DNA of 17,055 nucleotides from positions 1 through 17,055 of the forward strand of contig NZ_JAQFIQ010000048.1 of NCBI RefSeq assembly GCF_029504745.1, given 5' to 3'. Under the pieces are notes generated by a model. That model made no database searches and was not told the DNA's origin. It was given only the letters and a program-made list of their open reading frames with translations. Each line of letters begins with the position of its first letter. Position 1 is the first letter of the stretch. Source of the stretch: Breznakia sp. PF5-3 (GTDB taxonomy: Bacteria > Bacillota_I > Bacilli_A > Erysipelotrichales > Erysipelotrichaceae). The position numbers and the translations under genes are program-made. Shown in pieces: positions 1 to 6,335 of this stretch.

Positions 1-56
1 CCTATTTAGTTTTCAAAGATCTAATTCTCTTGCTCGGCTCTCGACCGTGCCTGTTT
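1..56 (-). promoter_or_regulatory. Probable rRNA-operon 5' leader running out of the window, with boxA-like antitermination motif
   Basis: Minus strand reads aaacaggcacggtcgagagccgagcaagagaattaGATCTTTGAAAACTAaatagg. GATCTTTGAAAACTA (7..21) resembles the Firmicute rrn leader/spacer boxA-type element (TGTTCTTTGAAAACTA, from memory). It lies directly downstream of a consensus promoter. The 16S gene itself is not in the window. Confidence 0.5.
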
Positions 57-113
57 ATAATATCAAATCTATTTACCCCTGTCAACGCTTTTTTTTCGTT
101 TTTTTAAAAAAAC
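57..113 (-). promoter_or_regulatory. Strong sigma-A (rRNA-type) promoter with A/T-tract UP-like element
   Basis: Minus strand: TTGACA (80..85), exactly 17 nt spacer, TATTAT (57..62), with TG at -15/-14 (ttTGaTATTAT). Upstream A/T tracts (86..113, gtttttttaaaaaaacgaaaaaaaagcg on the minus strand) are consistent with an UP element. Confidence 0.7.
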
Positions 114-200
114 AAGGAGCTTTATTATAATATCACATTTAAACCTATTCTTCTATACCAAAACGAACAAATTTTTACCATTTATTCCACTTTTTTTGTA

Positions 201-229
201 TTGCTATTTTTAAAAAAACAATATATAAT
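201..229 (+). promoter_or_regulatory. Candidate sigma-A promoter for tRNA-Leu
   Basis: TTGCTA (201..206), 17 nt spacer, TATAAT (224..229). It ends 11 nt before the mature tRNA 5' end. Confidence 0.5.
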
Positions 230-240
230 AGTTTACAGTT

Positions 241-327
241 GCCCGGGTGGTGAAATTGGTAGACGCAGTGGACTCAAAATCCACCGGTAGAAATACCGTA
301 CCGGTTCGATTCCGGTCTCGGGCACCA
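241..327 (+). tRNA. tRNA-Leu (anticodon CAA), class II with long variable arm, CCA encoded
   Basis: Hand-folded cloverleaf. Acceptor GCCCGGG/CTCGGGC has one G-T pair. Anticodon stem is 268-272/280-284, with loop CTCAAAA and anticodon CAA at 275..277. Variable arm is cggta-gaaa-taccg. T arm is accgg-TTCGATT-ccggt. Discriminator A is followed by CCA. Confidence 0.93.
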
Positions 328-340
328 TATTCCAAAGAAA

Positions 341-371
341 AGCTAAGGAAATTTCCTTAGCTTTTTTATTT
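341..371. terminator. Bidirectional intrinsic terminator (tRNA-Leu on +, def on -)
   Basis: Perfect palindrome agctaaggaaa/tttccttagct (341..362). It is flanked by an A-run on the left (aaagaaa) and a T-run on the right (tttttatttt), so it serves both converging transcripts. Confidence 0.8.
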
Positions 372-839
372 TGTCATATAAAATGATTGATAATCAATCG
401 CCCGCATGGTAGCAAGAATTCCATCAAGATGATCATATTCATGTTGAATCAATTCTGATAAATCGCCTTCAAAAACAATTTCCTGCTTTTGCCATTGTTC
501 ATCATAATAACAAACTTTGCATTTTTTGTATCTCTGTACCATAACATTTAAATTAGGAAATGACATACAATCATCTAATACATCCATCTTTTCAGACCCT
601 ATAAATTCAAGAGTAGGATTTATAAAAACGATTGGCTTATCTATATACATATAAATAATTCGTTTATGGATATAAATTTGTGGAGCAGCAATTGCTCTTC
701 CTTTTTTATATTTCCTTTTAAACTCCATAAGTGTATCATGCAAATCAATGACAATATTACGCACATCAGAATTCAACAACACTTCTTCACTTTTTTGATA
801 CAAAGCATCATCGCCTAAAAGTAAAATATCTTTAACCAA
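366..839 (-). CDS. def: Peptide deformylase (divergent motifs)
   Basis: 157 aa. PDF motifs present: GRAIAAPQ (motif 1, GxGxAAxQ), DDCMSFP (motif 2, EGCLS) and QHEYDHLDG (motif 3, HExxH), with the Cys/His/His metal ligands kept. The start is TTG (839..837), preceded by GAGGAGGG with a 5-nt spacer. Confidence 0.8.
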   Translation of the reverse strand: MVKDILLLGDDALYQKSEEVLLNSDVRNIVIDLHDTLMEFKRKYKKGRAIAAPQIYIHKRIIYMYIDKPIVFINPTLEFIGSEKMDVLDDCMSFPNLNVMVQRYKKCKVCYYDEQWQKQEIVFEGDLSELIQHEYDHLDGILATMRAIDYQSFYMTK

Positions 840-881
840 GACAATCCCTCCTCAATAAAAATAGATAGCCTTTAATGTTTA

Positions 882-2231
882 CTATAATTCAACCGTATGT
901 TCTTTGTCTGGCTTTGGTAAAATCAAATTCAACAATACTCCTACCACTGCTGATAATGCAGTGCCTGACAAGGTTGCAATTTCTCCTAATGGGAAAACAG
1001 CACCACCTAATCCAATAACGAGCATTGCACTGGCAATAATTAAATTACGTTGTTGTGAGAAGTCTACTTGATTATCTACTAACACGCGCAATCCATTACT
1101 AGCTATTACACCATATAGCATAATTCCCATTCCACCTAATACACATGCTGGAATCGTTTGAATAGCTGCGGATACATACCCACAAAATGATAAGAAAATC
1201 GCAAATACTGCAGCTCCCATAATTACATATACAGAACCGATTCGTGTCATTCCGATAACACCTGTGTTTTCACCATAAGTAGTATTCGCTGGTCCACCAA
1301 TAAAACCACTTACTGCTGTAGCCACACCATCACCAATTAACGTGCGATCCAATCCAGGGTCTTTCAAGAAATTCTTACCACAAATCTTTCCTAATACCGT
1401 ATGGTCACCAATATGTTCTGAAATTGTCACAATGGCAACTGGTAACATCGCAATTGTTTCTGGGCCAAAATATAAATCATATTGTCTGAAGTCGCCCAAC
1501 TTGAATGGGAATGCAAATTCCGGAACTTGGAAAAACTGTGCTGTTTCAAAAGGTGTGAAATCAACAATTCTTCCGCCTATATCAATATTGAAAACAGAAG
1601 CAATCTCTGGAAGAATAACAGCAAAAACATATCCCACAATAATCGCTATTAGAAATGGTACAATCTTCATAAAGCCTTTTGCTTTAGTAGAAATTAACGC
1701 AGCCGTTAAAAATGTAATAATAGCAACCATAATCTGTCCCAATGTCCCAGCGTCTGTAAAACCTGCATTGGATACTGCACTTCCTGCTAGTCCAAGACCA
1801 ATAACTGCAATCATTGGTCCAATTACAATTGGAGGTAACAGTTTATCAATCCAATTTTTCCCAACCACTTTAATTAACAATGCAACTGCAATATAAATGA
1901 TTCCCACTAAAATAAGCCCTGTTTGAGCTGCAGATATATCTCCGCCCATTGCATCAACAGCAAAAACTACAGCTGTAATATAGGCAAAAGAAGATCCAAG
2001 ATATACTGGCACTTTACGTTTTGTACAAAATATGTAAATCAAGGTCCCTATCCCTGATGCGAAAATAGCTACCGAAACTGGATATCCTGTAAGAATCGGC
2101 ACCAAAATCGTAGCACCAAACATCGCAAACACATGTTGGATACTCAAGAAAAACCATACCGATGGTTTTGGCTTCTCATCAATTTGAATAATCAAATTAT
2201 TCGTTTTTTCTTCTGTTATATTTTTTTCCAT
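882..2231 (-). CDS. Uracil permease, NCS2/NAT nucleobase:cation symporter family
   Basis: Polytopic membrane protein with QHVFAMFGATILVP and the NAT signature GENTGVIGMTR; Glu at the first position is typical of UraA/PyrP-type uracil carriers. I prefer ATG at 2231 (MEKNITEE), preceded by AAGGGGGA with a 5-nt spacer, over the ORF-track start at 2258. Confidence 0.8.
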   Translation of the reverse strand: MEKNITEEKTNNLIIQIDEKPKPSVWFFLSIQHVFAMFGATILVPILTGYPVSVAIFASGIGTLIYIFCTKRKVPVYLGSSFAYITAVVFAVDAMGGDISAAQTGLILVGIIYIAVALLIKVVGKNWIDKLLPPIVIGPMIAVIGLGLAGSAVSNAGFTDAGTLGQIMVAIITFLTAALISTKAKGFMKIVPFLIAIIVGYVFAVILPEIASVFNIDIGGRIVDFTPFETAQFFQVPEFAFPFKLGDFRQYDLYFGPETIAMLPVAIVTISEHIGDHTVLGKICGKNFLKDPGLDRTLIGDGVATAVSGFIGGPANTTYGENTGVIGMTRIGSVYVIMGAAVFAIFLSFCGYVSAAIQTIPACVLGGMGIMLYGVIASNGLRVLVDNQVDFSQQRNLIIASAMLVIGLGGAVFPLGEIATLSGTALSAVVGVLLNLILPKPDKEHTVEL

Positions 2232-2245
2232 ATAGTCCCCCTTAG

Positions 2246-2273
2246 ATATATATAACATTATAAAAATGGAGTT
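2246..2273 (-). terminator. Candidate intrinsic terminator after ftsZ
   Basis: Minus strand reads aaatggag-gaaa-ctccattt, then ttataatg. The stem is 8 bp (2254..2261 / 2266..2273) and the T-tail is short and interrupted. A TATAAT immediately after the stem could be a -10 for the permease. Confidence 0.4.
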
Positions 2274-2288
2274 TCCTCCATTTATAAA

Positions 2289-3395
2289 TTACCTTTTTTT
2301 AAAGAAAACAGGAATCCCGTCATCCTCTTCAACATCTTCCACTTCCAACGTTGCATCCTTTACCTCTTGTTGGGTTGTGCTTTTTGGAGTGAAATCAAAG
2401 GTCTCTACTGTCACTTCTTTTTCAACGGGCTTGCGTACTGAAACTTTTTCTTCAAATCCTGTCGCTATTACCGTTACAATGATTCTATCTTGTAATGCAG
2501 GGTTTATTGCAACTCCAAAAATCGTATCAATATCTCCACCTGCAGCTTCTTTAATATATTGAGTAGCATCATCTGCATCATATAGACTAACTGTTTCTCC
2601 ACCTGTAATATTAATAATCGCCTTTTTAGCACCTGTGATTTGTGCTTCCAACAATGGAGATTGAATTGCTTTTTCTGCAGCAGCTTTTGCTTTTTCTTCA
2701 CCTTCTGCCATACCAACACCGATTAATGCTTTCCCTTGTTCTTTCATAATCGTTTTCACATCTGCAAAATCAAGATTAATTAATGCTGGCGCAGCAATTA
2801 AATCAGTAATTGTTTGTACTCCTTGACGAAGAACATTATCTGCCGCTTCAAACGCTTCAATTAATGGCTTTCTACCAATTACTTCTAACAAATTATTATT
2901 TGACACAATAATTAAAGAATCAACATTATCTTTAAGTTCTTCTAAACCTGTTTCTGCTTGCTTCGCTCTTGTTCCACCTTCAAAGCTAAACGGTTTTGTA
3001 ACGATTCCAACTGTTAACGCACCTTCTTCTTTGGCAATTTTTGCAAATAATGGTGCAGCACCAGTACCTGTTCCTCCACCTAAACCAGCAGTAATAAATA
3101 CCATGTCGCTGCCTTTAATTGCTTCGCGAATTTCTCCTTCTGTTTCAAGTGCAGCTTTACGCCCTATTTCTGGATCTGAGCCGGCACCTTGCCCTTTGGT
3201 AACGCCCATCCCCAATACTATTTGGTTTTTCACAGGTGAAGTGCCAAGTACTTGTAAATCTGTATTGGCAACATAAAATTCTACACCCTGTACACCTTCA
3301 TTGACCATTCTATTTACAGCGTTACAGCCTCCGCCACCTACACCAAATACTTTGATCGTTACGACCTTCTTGAATTCTGAATCACTCATTATCAA
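2289..3395 (-). CDS. ftsZ: Cell division protein FtsZ
   Basis: GVGGGGCNAVNRM and the tubulin signature GGGTGTGAAP are present, plus the C-terminal peptide DDGIPVFFKKR. The start is either TTG at 3395 (5 nt after GAGAGG) or ATG at 3389; I cannot tell which. Confidence 0.95.
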   Translation of the reverse strand: MIMSDSEFKKVVTIKVFGVGGGGCNAVNRMVNEGVQGVEFYVANTDLQVLGTSPVKNQIVLGMGVTKGQGAGSDPEIGRKAALETEGEIREAIKGSDMVFITAGLGGGTGTGAAPLFAKIAKEEGALTVGIVTKPFSFEGGTRAKQAETGLEELKDNVDSLIIVSNNNLLEVIGRKPLIEAFEAADNVLRQGVQTITDLIAAPALINLDFADVKTIMKEQGKALIGVGMAEGEEKAKAAAEKAIQSPLLEAQITGAKKAIINITGGETVSLYDADDATQYIKEAAGGDIDTIFGVAINPALQDRIIVTVIATGFEEKVSVRKPVEKEVTVETFDFTPKSTTQQEVKDATLEVEDVEEDDGIPVFFKKR

Positions 3396-3415
3396 CTAAT
3401 CCTCTCTTTCCTTCT

Positions 3416-4651
3416 CTATCTATTTAATAAGATGTTTTTTAGCTTTTTAGTAAATGCATTCTCATCTTCTTTTTTTACCTGTCTATCATTTGTAGCACTA
3501 TACTCAATATTTGTATCATCTGTGTTTAACAATGCCTGCCATTTCTTATGACAGAAAATAGCACCTAACGTTGCACTATAACAACCTTTACGGACCCCAA
3601 TTGTCGTTGGTAAATAAACACTTGTATCAATTGAGAAATGATCACATATGACATTCATTCCAATAATATCTGCTCCAGATCCACTAATTAACATCTTCGA
3701 TGATTCATTTTGAGCAATCAGCTCATTAGCATCATTGATTTCATGAATCCAATTATTCAACTCTTCATCAATTGCCTCATATATTTCTTTACGAGTCACT
3801 TTTTTATGCTCATCTCGTTCTGCCCATATATAAACAATTGAATCATTCAAATCTTTTGGCGCATAAATTGCGGATTCTTTCAACAAATCTAAACTCTCTT
3901 TATAACTTAAATGATATTTACGACGAATTGCTTCCACAAAACGATTATATCCATAATTTAAGCTTTCACAACCCAGAAGTCTCCCTTTATAAAAAAGTGA
4001 TAAATCTGTATTGGTTTTTTCACAATTCAAAAGGACCATATATTTTTCCATAGAGCTTTCAAAAATTGCTGACTCTTCTGCAATCGCATAGTTGTCCAAA
4101 CAAATATCTTGAACACTAATACCTGCAGCCTCTATACAAGTTACATAAGAATAAACTGTTTGTTGATCAACACAGATGAAATCAATATCCATTGTCAATA
4201 CATCCGCTTGCTCATCTAACGGAATAGTTCTTGAAGAAATACCACCATTCGTATATTTAATACTTCCTATATTTACAAATTCATAATTTTCCAAATAAAA
4301 AGTATCAATCGCTTTTTCAACTCCAATTCGTGCATGAGAAGCACGAATACGTTTACTTCCTTCTTCGATTGGTACATTCACACGCCGTTTAACGCATTTT
4401 ACCTTTTGCGAAGGAATACACAAAATTATACTTCTTATTTTAAATCCAAGTGTCTTCTCAACATCATATAAAGCTTTCACTACAGATGCACTCACACTAT
4501 CTTGATCAATAATTTCTTTATTTTTAATTCCAGAGGTCTTGACTCTTTCAACTTTTAACACGTTAAAACGAGACATAAAAAACTCTCCTACAATTAGCCG
4601 AAGTTCATCTTCAGCCAACTCAATACTAGCATAATACTGTTTTGCTTGCAT
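3416..4651 (-). CDS. ftsA: Cell division protein FtsA (divergent, actin/HSP70 fold)
   Basis: 411 aa immediately upstream of ftsZ (20-nt gap). Colinear by eye with FtsA: ...LIVGE..., TDLSLF..G.L, ISGSGADIIGM, and a C-terminal amphipathic tail FTKKLKNILLNR. ATG at 4651 is preceded by GGAGG with a 7-nt spacer. Confidence 0.8.
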   Translation of the reverse strand: MQAKQYYASIELAEDELRLIVGEFFMSRFNVLKVERVKTSGIKNKEIIDQDSVSASVVKALYDVEKTLGFKIRSIILCIPSQKVKCVKRRVNVPIEEGSKRIRASHARIGVEKAIDTFYLENYEFVNIGSIKYTNGGISSRTIPLDEQADVLTMDIDFICVDQQTVYSYVTCIEAAGISVQDICLDNYAIAEESAIFESSMEKYMVLLNCEKTNTDLSLFYKGRLLGCESLNYGYNRFVEAIRRKYHLSYKESLDLLKESAIYAPKDLNDSIVYIWAERDEHKKVTRKEIYEAIDEELNNWIHEINDANELIAQNESSKMLISGSGADIIGMNVICDHFSIDTSVYLPTTIGVRKGCYSATLGAIFCHKKWQALLNTDDTNIEYSATNDRQVKKEDENAFTKKLKNILLNR

Positions 4652-4680
4652 TGTCTAACCTCCATCCTTACTTATAATAT

Positions 4681-4689
4681 ATAATATCA
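4681..4689 (-). promoter_or_regulatory. Candidate extended -10 promoter for ftsA-ftsZ
   Basis: Minus strand reads TGaTATTAT (TATTAT = 4681..4686, TG = 4688..4689). There is no good -35. It would give a leader of about 23 nt before the ftsA ATG. Confidence 0.35.
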
Positions 4690-4733
4690 TATTTCATTAT
4701 ACAAAAAAACATGTTTTTTTGTATAATGAAATA
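4690..4733. repeat. Perfect 44-bp palindrome (22+22, no spacer) in the ftsA/rpmB divergent intergenic region
   Basis: tatttcattatacaaaaaaaca|tgtttttttgtataatgaaata. I verified it base by base; pairing breaks at 4689/4734. Each arm carries TATAAT pointing outward (plus 4722..4727; minus 4696..4701). Confidence 0.9.
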
Positions 4734-4787
4734 AACGAATCAGTTTAATTTAAGTTTTCTTTGAAATTGTAAATATCAAGATTTTTC

Positions 4788-4816
4788 TTGCTTTCTTTTT
4801 TCATAAATGGTATTAT
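4788..4816 (+). promoter_or_regulatory. Sigma-A promoter of rpmB with extended -10
   Basis: TTGCTT (4788..4793), 17 nt spacer, TATTAT (4811..4816), preceded by TGg (TGgTATTAT). Confidence 0.65.
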
Positions 4817-4852
4817 AAACAGGCAGTAAAAAGTACGAAAGGAGGATTTCAT

Positions 4853-5044
4853 ATGTCAAAAGTTTGTGCAATTACTGGCAAAGGGCCATTATCAGGTAAT
4901 AAACGTTCTCACTCATTGCGTGCAACAAAACGTAAATGGAACGTCAATTTACAAACAGTTAAAGTGATGGTAGATGGAAAACCAAAGAAAATCCGTGTTT
5001 CCGCTCGTGCTTTAAAAACATTAAAAGCTAAAAAAGCTATCTAA
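4853..5044 (+). CDS. rpmB: 50S ribosomal protein L28
   Basis: 63 aa, [34 protein letters not shown]... is the typical L28 N-terminus. AAAGGAGGA sits 6 nt before the ATG. Confidence 0.95.
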   Translation: MSKVCAITGKGPLSGNKRSHSLRATKRKWNVNLQTVKVMVDGKPKKIRVSARALKTLKAKKAI

Positions 5045-5046
5045 TC

Positions 5047-5076
5047 AAAAACACACTACTTAAGTGTGTTTTTTTT
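5047..5076. terminator. Bidirectional intrinsic terminator (rpmB on +, thiN operon on -)
   Basis: aaaacacact-actta-agtgtgtttttttt: a GC/AU stem flanked by an A-run and a T-run. The last codons and stop of the convergent minus-strand gene lie inside the hairpin. Confidence 0.8.
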
Positions 5077-5673
5077 ATCGTCTGATTCTATTATCACAAT
5101 ACTTCCCTTTTCAACTTTCACAAATGAACTCTCTTGAAGAGATTCATTTGACAATGTATAAACATCACTTGTTTGCAAACATTGTTTTGACAAAGGATAT
5201 TCCACATTTTCAATTGTTATAATAGATGGTTCACATGCAAACAATGATAAATACTTTTTTGATGTTTTAATTTCATATTTTCCAACTTTTCTTTTATATA
5301 TCACATTTTGATTATCCACAATTGTAAACGGCACATCTGCAAAAGCTAATAGATGATATAAAGATATAAAATGATCCAATCGCCCACCAGTAACACCAGT
5401 GATAAATACTTCATCATAATGTTGCAACGCAAACCTAATAGCATACTCACTATCACTTTCATTTTTTCGAACAGGAAGTTTTTTTATTTTTGTAACCTTC
5501 TCTAACTCTACTAATTCATCAGCGCTTATAGAATCAAAATCGCCAATTGCATAATCCATTTTGATATTCAATTCTCGCAAAATTGTTGCTCCACGATCAA
5601 CACCAATATAATGGTAAGCTGGGTTCCACTCTAACTCATATCCTTTATTTGCAACAAGCATTACTTTAGACAT
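5056..5673 (-). CDS. thiN: Thiamine pyrophosphokinase (thiamine diphosphokinase)
   Basis: 205 aa with the ...YAIGDFDS... catalytic-domain motif. Its position after rpe matches Bacillus yloS/thiN. It overlaps the rpe stop by 13 nt, and AAAGGA sits 6 nt upstream. Confidence 0.8.
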   Translation of the reverse strand: MSKVMLVANKGYELEWNPAYHYIGVDRGATILRELNIKMDYAIGDFDSISADELVELEKVTKIKKLPVRKNESDSEYAIRFALQHYDEVFITGVTGGRLDHFISLYHLLAFADVPFTIVDNQNVIYKRKVGKYEIKTSKKYLSLFACEPSIITIENVEYPLSKQCLQTSDVYTLSNESLQESSFVKVEKGSIVIIESDDKKNTLK

Positions 5674-6326
5674 TTTAATTCCTTTACTTTCTCTTCAATA
5701 TTATGTTTAAAAATATAGCTTCCAGCAACCAAAACATCGACACCTGCTTCAACACATAAGTTTGCTGTCTCAAAATTAATCCCACCATCAACTTCAATCA
5801 AATATGGTAATGTATTTTGAATGCGATATGCATCCAAATATTTAATTTTATCCAATGAAGATTCGATAAATGATTGTCCTCCAAATCCTGGAGTGACACT
5901 CATTACCAACACCAAATCTATACTATCTAAAATTGGCTCTAACACTTCTACTTTAGTATCTGGTTTTATGCTAATCCCACATTTACAACCAAATTTATGA
6001 ATCTTATCACAAAGCTCTATACACTTTTCAATTGATCCCAACGCCTCATAATGAAAAGTAACTAAATCAGCACCTTGATTAATAAAAATTTCAGAGATAA
6101 ATACTGGATCACTCACCATAATGTGAACATCCATAAACATGGATGTCTTTTTTTTGAATCCTCTTAAAATATCCGGTCCAAAGGTTAAGTTCGGAACAAA
6201 GTGTCCATCCATCACATCAAAATGGAGCCACTTTGCTTCACTATTCATTACATTTTCTAATTGCTCATCCGTTTTACTATAGTCAAGTGATAAAATGGAT
6301 GGTGCTATGATAATCTCACGTTTCAT
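5661..6326 (-). CDS. rpe: Ribulose-phosphate 3-epimerase
   Basis: 221 aa. IAPSILSLDY...LHFDVMDGHFVPNLTFGP...VMSVTPGFGGQSF...VDGGI are classic Rpe motifs. AGGAGG sits 5 nt upstream. Confidence 0.93.
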   Translation of the reverse strand: MKREIIIAPSILSLDYSKTDEQLENVMNSEAKWLHFDVMDGHFVPNLTFGPDILRGFKKKTSMFMDVHIMVSDPVFISEIFINQGADLVTFHYEALGSIEKCIELCDKIHKFGCKCGISIKPDTKVEVLEPILDSIDLVLVMSVTPGFGGQSFIESSLDKIKYLDAYRIQNTLPYLIEVDGGINFETANLCVEAGVDVLVAGSYIFKHNIEEKVKELKCLK

Positions 6327-6335
6327 AACTTCCTC

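Noticed and set aside
98-113. gtttttttaaaaaaac palindrome, with a similar tttttaaaaaaa at 206..217.
   Set aside because: These are simple T/A homopolymer junctions in promoter-upstream or spacer DNA. They are better explained as UP-element/curvature sequence than as a specific repeat or binding site.
121-170. Possible second (upstream, P1-like) rRNA promoter: TATTAT/TATAAT at 124..132 on the minus strand, or TTGTTC (165..170) - 17 - TAGGTT (142..147).
   Set aside because: No acceptable -35 for the good -10, and only a weak -10 for the acceptable -35. It cannot be supported without TSS data.
125-181. 18-codon minus-strand ORF (MVKICSFWYRRIGLNVIL) between the rRNA and tRNA promoters.
   Set aside because: The SD is weak (GTGGA), it lies in promoter/UP-element DNA, and I recognise nothing in the peptide.
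1342-1896. 184-aa plus-strand ORF antisense to the permease. The same applies to the other antisense or alternate-frame ORFs in the track: 2266..2562, 2504..2719, 3031..3276, 3772..4053, 7440..7625, 7670..7852, 11159..11428, 11930..12127, 12534..12839, 13126..13332, 14702..14920, 15253..15507, 16787..16978.
   Set aside because: Each lies wholly or largely inside a well-supported conserved gene on the other strand or in another frame. Their compositions are low-complexity or skewed (Ser/Pro/Ile/Phe-rich), they lack SD sequences, and I recognise no motifs. They are typical shadow ORFs.
2232-2258. N-terminal extensions suggested by the ORF track: permease from 2258, kinase from 8919, membrane protein from 16243, GNAT from 16903.
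   Set aside because: In each case a downstream ATG or GTG is preceded by a strong GGAGG-type SD at proper spacing. The extended start either contains that SD, overlaps the upstream gene, or has no SD.
4757-4766. ttctttgaaa, resembling the boxA-like core of the rRNA leader (tctttgaaa at 12..20, minus strand).
   Set aside because: Only 9 nt are shared, it lies upstream of the mapped rpmB promoter, and a chance match is plausible in AT-rich sequence.
4745-4804. 19-codon minus-strand ORF ([19 protein letters not shown]) in the ftsA/rpmB intergenic region.
   Set aside because: It has no SD, it overlaps the rpmB promoter on the opposite strand, and it is most likely a chance ORF in AT-rich DNA.
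5312-5320. Perfect DnaA-box consensus TTATCCACA.
   Set aside because: It is a single isolated copy inside the thiN coding region with no cluster and no adjacent AT-rich unwinding element, so it is expected by chance.
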